Source of the DNA: Paecilomyces variotii
Lineage: Eukaryota
Reading direction: 5' to 3' (one strand)
Assembly: GCA_004022145.1 (NCBI GenBank)
Contig: RCNU01000002.1
DNA length: 64,000 bases
Position 1 is the first letter of the stretch. Every line of letters begins with the position of its first letter. The notes under the pieces are model-generated. The model made no database searches and was not told the DNA's origin. It saw only the letters and a program-made list of their open reading frames with translations. Both the position numbers and the translations under genes were made by a program. Positions 47,977 to 61,681 of this stretch are shown here, one piece after another.

Positions 47977-49306
47977 ATGGGCGAAGCAGAGCAACCAGCC
48001 CCAGTCGACAGCGGGCAAGATCTCCCGGTCACGAAGCGTACGGCCTTCGAAGAACCGAGTAGTGCAGCTCATGATGCGAAAAGAATGAAAAGCGCTCAGG
48101 ATGGACCGACAGAATTGACACCAGATGTTACAACCCCAGCTATCAAACCTCCAGCTAAAAACTGGAGAGTTGCTTTCCCCGAGAAGGTATGCCACCATCT
48201 TCACCTAAGTAATGTCAGGAAACGTTCCAATAATTGTACCCTACTCCGGAGTAAAGCCTGCGGTTATAGAAGAGCGAAACGGCGAGATTGAATTCAGAGT
48301 TGTCAACAATGATGGTTCCCAAGAAAGTACGATCATCCTTACAGGGCTCAAATGCCTGTTTCAGAAGCAGCTTCCGAAGATGCCGAAGGATTACATTGCA
48401 CGCCTTGTCTATGACCGCGCCCATCTATCTATTGCCATTGTGAAAATGCCAATGGAGGTCATTGGTGGTATATCGGTTCGAGAATTCCGACATCGCAAGT
48501 TTGCCGAAATTGTCTTTTGCGCAGTCTCATCTGATCAGCAAGTAAAAGGCTATGGTGCACATCTTATGGCGCATTTAAAAGACTACGTCAAGGCTACTTC
48601 CCCGGTGATGCACTTTCTAACCTATGCTGATAATTATGCCACTGGTTATTTTCAAAAACAAGGCTTTACCAAAGAGATCACCCTCGACAAGTCGATATGG
48701 ATGGGCTATATCAAGGATTATGAAGGAGGCACACTTATGCAATGCACCATGCTTCCCCGATTACGATATCTTGAAGTTGGCCGTATGTTGCTAAAACAGA
48801 AGGCAGCTGTCCAAGCCAAAATGCGTCTCTTAAGCAAAAGCCACATAATTCATCCACCACCTCCGCAATATGCCAACGGTGTTACTCCAATTAATCCGCT
48901 CTCCATCCCCGCCATTCGGGAAACTGGCTGGTCTCCAGAAATGGATGCATTAGCAAGGGAACCACGGCATGGACCACATTTTAATGAATTACGACGATTT
49001 TTGAACCAAATCCAAAACCATAAACAGGCATGGCCTTTCCTCAATCCGGTCAACAGAGACGAAGTCCCTGACTATTACGATGTTATCACATCGCCAATGG
49101 ATCTGTCGACCATGGAAGAAAAATTGGAGAACGATGCTTATACTGCTCCAAAAGAACTTGTCCGCGATCTACAATTGATTTTCAGTAATTGTCGGCAGTA
49201 TAATGATGCAACAACTGTCTATGCTAAGTGTGCGGCTAAGTTGGAGAAGTTCATGTGGAGCCTTATCAAGGAGATTCCGGAGTGGTATGAACTACTTGAA
49301 GAATGA
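47977..49306 (+). CDS. GCN5: GCN5-family histone acetyltransferase (GNAT + bromodomain), divergent
   Basis: [68 protein letters not shown], bromodomain [27 protein letters not shown]; intron ~48187-48255. The start may include an upstream exon. Confidence 0.93.
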
Positions 49307-50066
49307 TTGGTCTAGAGTGCCAACGGACAGCCAGATGGCGGCCGAGGTAGTATTAACATTTCGTATCGCCGAAGCCCTTCTATGAGTTGGAGTGCTTTTA
49401 CCATACTACCATACTCGAATATTATAGAACGTGATACCCGTCTATCCGATTAAATCTCTCCCTCCTTTCGTCCAGGATATACATCGTATTTTTATCATTA
49501 TACGCTATATGAAACCCCGTTATTTAAAAATAGCTATTGCTGATTGGTGTGATGGGCATGATGCTGCAAGCACCGACTGATTGATTATCTATGATCTTTC
49601 GGGATGCTGAGCTGAGCTGGCGCCCCCGCAAGGATGCCTGAGGCCGATGCCGAATTTACCTTTCCCCTCCAAAGCTGCTTGTGTGCCTCCAACGCTCTTG
49701 GAGAACCTACTACTGTACGTACGTTTCGCCTCTTAACTCAGTGCGCAAAAAGCACAAGTCCGGACGAGATCCAATAATAATTACACTCTCGTCCCTCACC
49801 TTCCCTTCCCCGCTCAGCCGCATGGTTTTTTGTTTACAGGCTGGTTTTTGTGGCGCCCCGGACAACTACATCCAATAGGTACCGGCTTTGGGCCAATTTC
49901 AACGCGACATAGACGCGGAGAAGTCGTCAACTTGCCTTTTTCCTGTCTGGGTAGTATTAGCAGTTTCTGGGATACTACCTAGCAGGCTTGGATAATCAAC
50001 AAAGGACCCAGGGCAGAACGAGGTTCTCTTTTTCTTTCTTTCTTTTTTTTTTCTTTTTTGCCGGCG

Positions 50067-53000
50067 ATGTCAGCCTCGAATGATGCGGTGTTCCACCGGC
50101 GGAATAAGCAGATCCAGGATGCAATTGATGGGCAGAACCTAAAGCAAGCATTACAGCTATGTGAGAAGAGGATCAAGAAGGGTGAAGACACGAGATTTTT
50201 GAGGGTGTGTATGCTCTGGCTTTTGTTTGGTTCTGTGTCTTCGAATATCATATGATGCGGCTTCTTTCACTTCTGTCGTCTTGTCCTTCATTACAAGGAC
50301 CGCCATTCTGTCCTCGCTTGGCTCAGTTATCCCGTATGGGCAGTACAAGCTAACTGGCCATGCAACGGCACAATAGGCATGGAAAGCTCATATCCTCTTC
50401 CGCCATACAGACGAAACACACCACCAGCGCGGCATCGTCGAGACCCTTGACCTCTGTGACCTCGATCCTCCTACGACCGACCTTGATACCCTTGACATTC
50501 TCTATCAGACACTGCGGAAACTTGACGGCCATGAAGGAACGATGCGCACTCTGTGGGAGAAAGCTGCTAAAGCAAAGCCCCAGGATCTGGATATTCAGAT
50601 GCGATGGTTCACATATGCTTTTGAGGGAGGGGATTGGAAGTCGGCGCAGAAAGTGGGTGTTCTCTGGATATGCATTGGGGCACTTGTCTTTGCCTTGTCC
50701 AACTTCTCGACTGTTCCTGACCTCTATCTAGGCTGCCATGAGTCTTCAGAACAACTTTCCCAAGTCACGGAAGTACTATTTCTGGGCCATCTTCCTCTGC
50801 TATCTTATCACTGTCGACCCTGCGAGCTCAGAAGCAGATCGCAAGCTTTTCGGTACTCTTGCATACCGTATGATTTCTAAGGCTGCCGAGAGCGTGCCCT
50901 CTGACCCGGTAGGCATATTTTTTATTCCCCCTCAGAAAGCCCTTTCTTTAACAGGACTTCTTGTTTTTCATTTACATTTGGTCTGTTCTTTGACTTATGA
51001 AGATTATGGTTTCCGTACAGAAGGAATTGCTGAGTCCTCCTAGGGCTGTACAAACTGCCGAGGAATTGCTATTGCTTATCAAGATCTTCGAGAAGCAAGA
51101 CCGCTACGCTGAAATTGTGAAAATTCTCGACAGCGAAAACCTCGGTATCAAATCTAGGATTGTCCAGAACGATTGGTCGTTTGTTCGCTCTAAGATCATT
51201 AGTCTCGAGAACGCCAAGTTGTGGAATGACGGAGCGGCCTTTGCTAAGAGTCTGTTGAGCGGTTCTGAGGATTCCATAGCTCTCAAGGAGAGTGATGATT
51301 GGGCCGTGTGGAACTTGCTACTGTCGGCGACGCAGAACGCTGAGAGAGACGAGTATGTATTCCTCGTTGCATGGAGAGTATAGTTGTGCTTACGCTAGTT
51401 TGCAGAGCGTGGCAAGAGACTCAGACATTTGTCGAGGAATTCATCCAGCGCCAACCGAAGTCGCGCAATGCACAACTAGCTTCCCTAGATCTTTCATATC
51501 GAAGGTACCAGTCTGGGGGCAAAACAGGTGCAGATCTCCTGTCTGCTTGCCAAACTTATTTCGACAGGAACCGGAAGAAACTATACTGTTTCGCTGACCT
51601 GAAAAAGTATCTCGTTGCTGTAGACAAAGATTCTCTGAACAAGTTCCTAGATCATGTCTCGCAAAATGTCAAAGACGATACCGCAGCGAAAGATGTGAGT
51701 AGCATCCTCTGGCCTGCTAGACTATGCCACTAACAACGTAAAGGTCAATGATCCGTTTAAAGACGTTGCTCAGATAAACGCTCTCAAGTTCGAATACTGC
51801 TTTAAGCTCTCACAGAATGACAGCAGCGCCACAAAAGAACAGGTGGAGGACTTTGTTCTGCGCTGTCTTGAAGAATACCGGAAGATTGAGCGGCCTGATC
51901 GCAGCGAAGCTCCGTCTACTATCGAGAGTCAGCCAGGAGATGACCTCTGTCTTCTAGCTGCTACGAGCCTGATCCGCTTCGACGAGCAGGGGAAAGACGT
52001 GAACGTCAACAAGGCCCCGAGTCCGGTCTTGATACGTGCTGGTGCGATTTCGGATCGTCTCCTTGTTGATTCACCGCATAACTACCAGGCTCTTCTGCTG
52101 CTGGTACGGATCTACCTCCTGTTGGGTGCTGGTTCCCTTGCCTTAAAGACCTTCAGCAAGCTCTCTGTCAAACAGATGCAGTACGAGACTGTTGCCCATA
52201 ACTTGTACACGCGTCTGTCCACCATTCATCCTCAGTCAGCGCCGCCCATTGAGGGTGCCGAATACAAGGACTTCAACCCTCAGTCAGCACTGATACAGGC
52301 CCTCAACTTCTATCGAAATGCGGATATCACGACTGTGCGAAGCCGCACTAGCGGACTTGACTATGGAAGTTATGTCAATGTTCAAGGTAGTATCGATTTG
52401 CAAGACCGGCTAGGACGTAGTATTTGCAGGAAGATGTGGGCCCTGGATGTACGACGCATGCAGAGGCTCGTCGGCGGAGACCCAACGAGTCGCTACGATG
52501 AGCTGGGTGAGTTAGCCTACATTCTTATTTAACTAGAAAGAGGCTCCAACTAACCACTATGGCGATCGATTACAGCACGGGACCCTTCGCCATTGGTCGA
52601 CCAACGAACATTTGATGCGTTCATGAATTGCGAAGCCCCCGGCCTACCCACATTCGAGGAGCGAATGCGCCCCGGACCATTGCCTAAGGTGAATTAATTG
52701 TCTTAAGTCTCATACTGGCGACATCTAACAAGCAAACAGGAACACTGGGTGAAATCAGCTATGGTAGCAGACACGCTCTTCGTCCTTCTCAAAAACATAG
52801 CACTCCAGAAACCAGCAGGCCCTGAGGCGGACTTACCTGCTCTCGAAGAGCTGCTGGGCTCGACACCAGAATCAGAAATGACTCCGACTGAGATAGAGCT
52901 GGCTAAGATCCATCTCGTCCTGCTAAAGATTACATATTTCGTCAACGGTTCGAAATCCGTGTCAGGGGCTGACCTCGAACCTCTGCTCAGCCAAGTGGAA

Positions 53001-53489
53001 GAATGGCTCATGTCCATCTCTAAATCCATTTCCTCGGAGACGGCTAATGGCCCTGCCGCTTTTACTGATACAACCCTTACCGTACACTCCGAGAAGCCAT
53101 CCGCACCATCCTGGCTATATCTCCACCGTAGCTTTTCTGTCCTCGAGACTCTTAGAGCTATTTCCCTTCTGGTGTCTGTATCTGCGAAGAAGACATCGAA
53201 AGCTACGAAGATCCCGAAAGAGCGCGCCGATCGCCTCTCCGCGCTTGCCCGGCAGGCTCACGAAACGATCAGATCGAACACCCGTGCTCTCAAATCCCGC
53301 ATATCGGAACCTGGAGCTCTGGGTACACTGATTGACCTCGTCACTAATGGTACGGCCGGTGAGACCGGTGAAGCATTGCGGACACAGCTGGAACATACGC
53401 TAGATACTGCTGCGTTGGAATTATACGTCGGTTCATTGATGGAGAGTTGGGAAGAAGGACTCGACGGAGTTCTCAGTGTCACCGTTTGA
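50067..53489 (+). CDS. MDM20: NatB N-terminal acetyltransferase auxiliary subunit Mdm20/NAA25, multi-exon
   Basis: RRNKQIQDAIDGQNLKQALQLCEKRIKKG, AMSLQNNFPK.R.YYFWAI, DDWAVW, KSRNAQLA, CFADLKKY, QPGDDLCLLA, SPHNYQALLLLVRIY, LSVKQMQYET; about seven introns. Confidence 0.9.
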
Positions 53490-55643
53490 GACGTAACTAT
53501 GAGATGGAGATGTTGAAGCATTCAATAGGTGTGATGTAAAGGAAAAACATTTGAGTGTCAACATTACAGTGAAGATGAACGTTTGACGATATCAAAAGCG
53601 TGTGTCCGTTGTGACGGATGTCAGGCTTTACTTTTTACTATTTCATGACATCAGCATATGAGCATAGTTATTCTATAAATGATGACTATGACAATTATAT
53701 ATTGATACTTCCCAAAGAGTCGGTCTTTGATAAGCAGATTCTCAGATCAGCCTTTTCACAAAGAGAGAATGGACATCATGGGTATCTCTGGCGCTGGAGA
53801 CATATTACGAGTATGGTATAAGAGTAGCCATTCTGAGGACGAAAATGATCGATCGCCAGTAAACGCCTGAACTGCCCCGACCCAGACATGAAGCATGCGG
53901 GTAGGGAGCACTATTCATGTAGTGGCAATTCTCTGTTTCCTAAAATCCCCCTGCCACTCGAGTACTCCTCGAAAACGGCCTAAGAAAGATTAGACTTGCG
54001 AATGTGAAGACTGATCAGCGCACCCGAGCCGAGTAGTGGCCCGGACATAGAACATGATAGGTCTTCTCATCATAAAGCCAAGATATTTTCACCAACCAGT
54101 AAGAACGGGTATTCGCATTTTTGTGTGATAAGGGGGCCATTTATCTCGACTCTTTCAGCATCGGATATGTACGATGTGTTATGTGGCCGAAAGAGGAACG
54201 AAAGCCGTTGGGTATATCCTTTCAGTACCTAGGTATTAGGTATTTTCCGGAGAGGGAAAGTCGCGATACACGTCTGTTTGTCCGATCTATCGAGTCGAGA
54301 ATCGGAATGGATGGTGGTCATTGTGAATAGATTTCCGTAGCAGTTCCTTACTTTGGCGTCATCTAGTTTCACGAAATCATGTATGCTGTCAGACAGGATG
54401 CCATAAAAATGCACGGTACTCTAGTGATCTGTGTGCCCCATGTCCAACGCGGGCCGCGGCATAGCCGCTATTAACGTAACAGGGCTTGTCGAAGCCCTGG
54501 GCCTTTTCCATTCTTTGCAAGGCGGATCTCAAAAGTGCCTTGTCTCACTCAGTCATGGAGGGGTTGAGCATCGGTGGAACACCGTAATGAATGGTGACAC
54601 CATCAAATGATTTGGCGCAGTACCATGTGCCTGTCGAGCCACACTGATCGGGTCACAGGGGCGGATGCCGCTGGAATAAACAGCGAGATAGCATACCTCT
54701 AACTATGCAGTTCCTGACTATGATGGTGAAGGCTGCAACCAAGCAGCGAGTTATCTCTGTTTTCGACTGTTCGGAATGTTTCAGCAGGCAGATTGCTCAG
54801 CCACTGGGGCTGATCACTCCACGGTCTTGACGGCGTTTCACGACCGGGATATTGCGTCTCTTTTCTCGTGCATGGGGAAGACTTGTCTATCATATCAACG
54901 TGGCACCAAAATCGAGGCTAGTTTCTGCAGGGATCACTTGGTGACCGGACAAGCACATATCTGGCTCGTCAAGCTAGTTTTGCGTTTGCCTTTCCTTGGA
55001 ATTTCCCTCGTGCTTTCGCCATTTTAGTATGGTCTTTCGATGCAACCATCCATAACGCCTGGCAGACCCTATCCAGGGATCATACCAACTAGAGGCCCCA
55101 TGAATAATGTGTTTTGTCTGCATAACAAGGAGAAAAGAACATGTGCATCACACAACCTCTACTAAGCCTCAAATTGGGCAAGATGTGTACGGAGTACTCC
55201 CCTGTCCTTGGTCATAGTTACTCCAGCTCTCGGTCCGCATCTTTCTCCAATCGTAGCGCAAAGGTCCCTCAACTCGAAGAATTATTAGTCGATTTCCTGT
55301 ATGCATCCGGGAGCAACCACATCTATCAATCACGGCAGTTGAACAAGGGGAACAGAAGCAACAAACGAGTTAACCTTGCAAATCCCCACGGGCTCGACCT
55401 TCAGGAGATCGGCAGTTAGCATGTCGAATTTTATTTTCTGGAAAGTTGTTCTATGCAGAAAATATATTCTCCTCGGACCTCATAAAGTGCACATTATCCT
55501 TGAAATGGTGGTGAACCAGTTCCATCATATTCTGTCGAATTTATCCCGCTGTCCTACAGTCCACCAAAGTGTCGAAACCCTCTTCTTTTCTTGCAGATGA
55601 CCACATAATTTTGGATACTCGCTCATTGAGTTGTGCCAGAAAG

Positions 55644-57316
55644 ATGGCACCTCTCTCCGACCGAGAGACACTGCAGTCTTTGCGAGCCCGGCAAAGTCAC
55701 GACTATCGTAACTCGATCCGTCATTGGGACGTTATGTGCCAGGCTATCTGTCTAAGTATAAGTACTATTCTTGTGCTGTTGCGGCTGTGGACGAAGCTCC
55801 ACATTGTGCGGGCTCCTGGATGGGAGGACTGTATGTTGATCCCTTTGTCATTTGGATGTAATTCAATGGGTCTAATTGAAGTATTTTGGACAGGCACGTC
55901 TGTGATGTCTTTGGTACGACAGGAATTCGATCACCGTGAAGGAATATATCTGGACAGTATCACTGACAAGAGCATTCGCCTTAGCTTGGAATAATAGCGT
56001 ATAGTGTCATCTCACTCGAAGCAGATAAGCATGGAAGCGGTGTTCACCAGTCGCAAGTAACCCCAGAGGATCTTAGATACTACGCGCAGGTGAGCCAAAA
56101 CTTTTCTTAGGAGTTCTACAGGATTCGATAACTTAAGATTAGATTACATTTACTGACTAGAATTACTACTACTACACAGCTTGCAAATATCTCCCAGATT
56201 ATATACGGCCCCTTGATCTTTGTAGCGAAGTTGTCGATTCTATTGCTATATCTGCGCGCCTTCACACCAAGTCGACCCGGAAAGACGTTCTATGCTATTC
56301 ATTTTCTCCTCTGGTTCAACTTCCTCTTCTACACAGCAAATACACTCACCAAGGTCTTTCAATGCATACCTCGTGCTAAGATCTGGGATCCAGAGACTCC
56401 TGGCCGATGTGTCAATGTTAATGCGTTGATCCAAACCAGCGCGGGATTGAATGTCTTTTCAGACTTCTCGCTATTGGTCTTGCCGATCGTGGCAATATGG
56501 AAGCTGCACATGAAGACTTCTCAAAAGCTTGGTATATCTGCAGTGTTTGCTGCAGGGCTATTGTATGTTTCGCATCAACCGGCCGCCCCAAAGAGAGTGT
56601 TGGTTCTCTCAGAAACAAGCCTGAGTACTAACGAAAATCATCGACAGTGGGTGCATATCAAGTATCATGCGTCTTGTCATCGGTATCGAGAAGCAAGGAA
56701 CCCAAGATAAAACATATGACTGGTTTCCAGAATTTCTTTGGACGTGAGTTCCGCCATCCCTTCTTTTCTTTTTCTTAAGACCAGCCTCAATTCTATAAGC
56801 CTGATTCATCCAAGTATCCCCGACGGACCGTCTCTAATATTCACCTCCAAAAACAGGTCAGCCGAAATCACATCTGCCATAATCACATCCTGTCTTCCCG
56901 CGCTTCCGAATTTTTTCCGCCATTACTTCCGCAAAGCCAGAACACCGAGCAGGAACAGCCAGCATCAGACAAATTCGACAAACAGACATCCATATAGCAG
57001 GAATCACTTCAACTCCACTCCGCATAGTCATCTTGGTGTACCTTGGTACCATCGCAATCCCAGCGACGACGATCTTCTTCCCCACAGCTACTACATGGAG
57101 TTGGACGAAGCCAAACCCAGTCTCAGCCCGGGTGCGGTTGTCAAAACGGAAATCATAGCTGAATCCAGACCAGAATCGAGGGATTATCCACCGTCGATTT
57201 CCTCTGTCAATGCGAGGGAGGAAGGAGAACGACAATGCCCGTCTAGTCGCAATGGGATTTTGAAGACTGTCCAGGTGGAAATTCAAACTACGGATGAGGA
57301 GCGCGCGACTTCATGA
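55644..57316 (+). CDS. PTH11-like integral membrane protein (fungal rhodopsin-domain family), multi-exon
   Basis: LRLWTKLHIVRAPGWED, HGSGVHQ, AKLSILLLYLR, FQCIPRAKIWDP..GRC, NVFSDFSLLVLP..IWKLHM..QKLGISAVF, AEITSAIITSCLP; includes a 20-nt exon. Confidence 0.88.
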
Positions 57317-57848
57317 TACGATGATGTATCGATCTATCGATTTTGTAGATTATGCACTGTACAGTAGTGGCATATAAAACTAGCAAGCGAGGCTGGTACC
57401 TTGCATAGCTAGATTACCAAACAAACTCTTATAAAAGGGGGCAGAAAATGAAAATTACATGCATTTAATTGAATTCATAAATTGAAACCCAGATGCATCG
57501 CCAAGTCGTCCTGGCCCGCATCTAAGCGCAACTATGAGCCACTTTCAGAGTGATGTTCTTCATAATTCGAAATTCCCGACGTTTTTGCTATCCTCATTGG
57601 CCAACTCTGGTTTTCTCAATTTCTCCCCACCAAGATCTTTCGAAGATTGTCCTAATTCGTACCCCGACAGCCAAGACATGAGACTAGTAGGTATAATATT
57701 AAACCAAAGTTCCGCATCAAAGAACCCCCGTCTATCGCTGGGAGGAAGATACAGAGGATAAAGCAGTTTTTTGTTGATCTACGTTCTACTCTTTCGTGAC
57801 AAGATTATTCTGCTTCTTGCATAGTCTTCCATTCTGACTGTCTCCAAA

Positions 57849-59169
57849 ATGGCCTCTCCGCAAGCAGGAACTGATGATATGTCTACTGCTATATGGAAAG
57901 AGATATCGAACACTCCTTACGCATGCTCCTCGCTGACACGACTTACCGGTGGGACGGGCAATTTTGTCTACCGCGGTACTCTCTCGCATCCTCTTCAGGA
58001 TGGAACTAGAACTGTCGTTATCAAACATGCCGAAGACTATGTGGCTTCTCAGCCGGAGTTTAAATTATCTACTACTCGTTGTGTAAGTTTGTATTCCCTG
58101 TATGGTGATCTATAGACCTCGGGTGTCTCTGCGCTTTTATTTCTGCTATTCAGGGGGGGAAAAGGGTACAGCAACGCATCTAACACCACCTTTCAGCGGG
58201 CCGAGGAATACATGCTTAACGCTCTAAACGATCTTCCAAAACAAGTCGAGGCTAATGTCTCCGTGAAATCACCGCGTCTCTTCCATTTCAATCAGCAGAC
58301 CAATACGCATATCATGGAAGATCTACCGAACGCGCTCGACTTGAAGACCTTTCTCCGATCGTCTGCTGCGTCAGCGTTATCAGAGCCTTCTGCTACAGCC
58401 ATCGGCCATGCTATTGGAAAGTGGCTAGCGTCTTTTCATACTTGGGGCTCAGCGCCAGAGAGATCTGATCTGGTAGTTGAGATCCAGAAGAATCAACTCA
58501 TGAAAGAGCTGAAGTATCAGATTAATTATGAGGTGTTGATGCAGACGATTGATAATTTTCCTGATATTCTTGAGGCGAGTAGGGGAGTGTTTGAAAAAGT
58601 GAAAGGTCTCGCAAAGGAGGAGTTGGAGAGGAAGAAAGATGAGGATGGCATTGGGTTAATCCATGGTGATTTCTGGACGGGGAAGTAAGTTATTATATGA
58701 ACAATATACATATATTGCCCCCCAAGCTTTCTACTAGATAACATGGACTAATCATTTTAATAATAGCATTCTACTTCCCAACGCTTCCAACCCCGACGAG
58801 TCCCCTGTTACTATCTTCATCACAGACTGGGAACTTTCTCAAGTGTGCAGCCGCGCATTAGATCTCGGGCAGATGATTGCGGAGCTATATGAGCTAAAAC
58901 ATTTCAAGGATATCGATGCAGGTGTGTGGATTCTTCAGGGATTTGTAGCCGGGTATCATCTACCGCTGAGCGATGAAGTCGCCTTTCGCACGGCGATCCA
59001 TGTCGGTGTGCATTTGGTTTGCTGGGGAAGCAGGGTGCCAGACTGGGGTACACAGGAGCAGGTGCGGGATCTGGTGAAGATTGGGAGGGATTTCATTGTG
59101 AAGGGATGGGAGAAGGATAGGAAGTGGTTTGAAGGTGGAGTGTTGGGATGTTTGTTTGGGGGTAGATAG
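57849..59169 (+). CDS. Aminoglycoside-phosphotransferase/methylthioribose-kinase-like small-molecule kinase, 3 exons
   Basis: LTGGTGNFVYRG, VVIKH, IMEDL, LIHGDFWTG|N, ITDWELSQ, DLGQMIAEL kinase-like motifs; introns ~58083-58196 and ~58685-58766. Confidence 0.88.
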
Positions 59170-59957
59170 GAGGAATATGTGCATGTCCAAGGAGAATATT
59201 GGAACAAATAAAACGTGTAAATAGGAAAAGAGGTTGTATTGGTTAAATGTGCTATATGATCTTTCTTTCCCATGTGTGTTGGCAATTAGATGCGGGGTTG
59301 GTCTTCGCATACCTAGAGTAGCAGCTTATCATTCAGTTCGACTGCTCCCGATTAGGTATACAGCTCGCGACAACTATACTGTCGACTCATATCATACCAG
59401 ATATTCCGACAGATAGACAAGGCCAGTCTGGGTATACTCATATCCAGTATGGACAGAAAGGTTGACGCCATTCATCGTTCTCATTGTTGCGATTGTCGCT
59501 TTGATGTTCCCCACTCGAATCTCGCAGGCTTGGTCAACATCCACGGAGTCCATTGCATATACAGATGTACCAAGTGGCTTAGCACAGTGTGCGCTGAACC
59601 ACATACGTCCGCATATTTATACTGAGTTGGCACTGGTCTTATACCAAGACTGGGTTGTCAAGACGCTAACGGAAGCAGAAATATGAGGGATAAATTTTCA
59701 CAAAACGCGTGTATTACTGCAACATGCCACTGAGAGGCAGAAAATATGAGGCAGACAACCGGTCCTTTCATAATCTGAGAAGTTCCTGCTATGACACAAC
59801 CAGCAAGACATGTCCCACCATGGAGCGTCAGCGGAGAAGGGGAGTGCCATGGAAATCAGGGCTAACGATCTCGAATCGCATATCAGTCTCAAGCTATCAT
59901 GATCTAGCGGGAAACGCAATAAGGACCATGAGGTGATAAATCGAGATAATCCCGCAT

Positions 59958-60005
59958 CGACTGTCCGCAGCGACTGTCCGCAGCGACTGTCCGCAGCGAC
60001 TGTCC
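59958..60005 (+). repeat. 13-bp tandem minisatellite (CGACTGTCCGCAG) x3.7
   Basis: Three perfect units plus CGACTGTCC, seen directly. Confidence 0.9.
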
Positions 60006-60597
60006 CGATTAGGGAACTTTGTCGCTTAGTACTATAGATAGCCCTTCCCAGCAGTTGTAACTAATGCCTTCACTAGAGCGATACCTGACCTGTTTGCGAT
60101 TGAGATTACGTGACTAGTTACCCAGTCAGCCATCCCTATATCCAGCATCCATTCTCTGCAGTTGTGGTAATGTTATTCTCGAGCGGTCCTTCCACTATGA
60201 CCTTCTACTTACTTTTTTTCTCATCCGTCGTTCGTTACGTCTATTCCATGCTGTTGTCATATGGGAATATCAATCAGTGATAACTATGAGATACTGTGTG
60301 CTCAGTGAATAGTCTTCACCCCTTGATAATTGTATTGAATTCCATCATGGCTCCATCACTGTGGGCACTCAGTGTTCAAGTTGCATGATACACCTGTCAA
60401 AGCAGTCCTGTGAATAAGGAATTCACTGTCTTGCAGTTATTGTTATTGATAGTATATATTCGCTTAATGCTCTCAACTCGATTCCTGTCCTTCATTCCTC
60501 TACCTCTGACATTCTATCCTCTTGGCGCCCACCTTGATCCACGGTATTTTTCTTTTTAGTCTGCATCACTACACTGCTGCCTGATTCAGTCTGCAAG

Positions 60598-61527
60598 ATG
60601 TTTCACGTCGGCTATGAAGGTCACGAAACTTATGCAACATCTTCTGCGGCCAGGTCAACAACCATGCCTCAAATCCCCGCCTCTTCTCTGTCTCCGTCTT
60701 CAGAACTCGCCCTCGTGGATGAATACCCACCGGCGGAGTTTATCAATATAAGGGCCTTAAAAGAGGTTGTTGCTTCAAAGAGAAAGGAACTACATGAAGG
60801 GGCCCAGGACCAGTATCTCTCCTTCCGCCATGTCACGTCAGAGGATTTTGCAACGATTAAGGCACGTCGTGTTGAGATTATGGGACGCGGTCCCGCCTTC
60901 TTCTATCTTGGCGATATTGAGACTCTTATCATAAAGTTCCCTACTCGAGCACATGAGAAAGCTCATGCGACACTGGGTCAGCGGATTCAACTCAAAGTGT
61001 TTCGAATGGGAATTGCCTTTCGCGAATTTACGGCGGTCAATGCAACAGCGATGAAGGGTGGAATCAATTCTGAGATGGAGGGTGACACGTCCTGGATAAA
61101 TCAGAGACTCAGACCAAACAAGACCGATTGGCCCAATCTAGTTATCGAAGCAGGGATGTCTGAGCCTTTTATACGACTACAAAACGATGCAAAATGGTGG
61201 ATTCAGAACTCCGCCGGGGACGTGCTTATTATCCTTGTTGTTTGGATCCGGCCGACTATTAAGAAAGTGAAGATAGAGAAGTGGATTCCTGCCTCTGCGC
61301 AACCTTTAAGACGCAGTGCCGGTCTTAATCTGCCCCAGGTATTGCCCACTAAAGTCGCCGATATCGAGATCGATCAATCGTCTACATCTGTTTGTCATGG
61401 TGCCCCTTTGCTGCTGGAGTTCGACAGGGTTTTCGGAAGACCACCACAGCAGCCCCTAGAGCATGATATTGTCTTCACACAGCAAGAACTGGAGGATTGG
61501 GCACGCGATCTGTGGGTTGGGATCTGA
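60598..61527 (+). CDS. Hypothetical protein, probable PD-(D/E)XK / Uma2-like nuclease fold
   Basis: 309-aa intronless ORF with LIIKFPTRAHE, MEGDTSW, WPNLVIEAGMSE..LQNDAKWW, E-D-I-V-F/ELE.WA-like C-terminus, a pattern recurrent in fungal restriction-endonuclease-like proteins. Confidence 0.7.
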   Translation: MFHVGYEGHETYATSSAARSTTMPQIPASSLSPSSELALVDEYPPAEFINIRALKEVVASKRKELHEGAQDQYLSFRHVTSEDFATIKARRVEIMGRGPAFFYLGDIETLIIKFPTRAHEKAHATLGQRIQLKVFRMGIAFREFTAVNATAMKGGINSEMEGDTSWINQRLRPNKTDWPNLVIEAGMSEPFIRLQNDAKWWIQNSAGDVLIILVVWIRPTIKKVKIEKWIPASAQPLRRSAGLNLPQVLPTKVADIEIDQSSTSVCHGAPLLLEFDRVFGRPPQQPLEHDIVFTQQELEDWARDLWVGI

Positions 61528-61681
61528 AAGGTGCCTATTTTTTTTTCTTTGGTTTGGTTCTGATTATATCTGACGGCTGAGAATACTATATACAGCGGAC
61601 GGTTTGCCCCTTGCGGCCAAAACGTTTTCCTACAACACCATAAGAGCGTACCACGCGTAGTTCAGTAGATACTGTACATCA

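Noticed and set aside
59958-60005. CRISPR-like array
   Set aside because: Head-to-tail repeats without spacers in a eukaryotic genome; a minisatellite.
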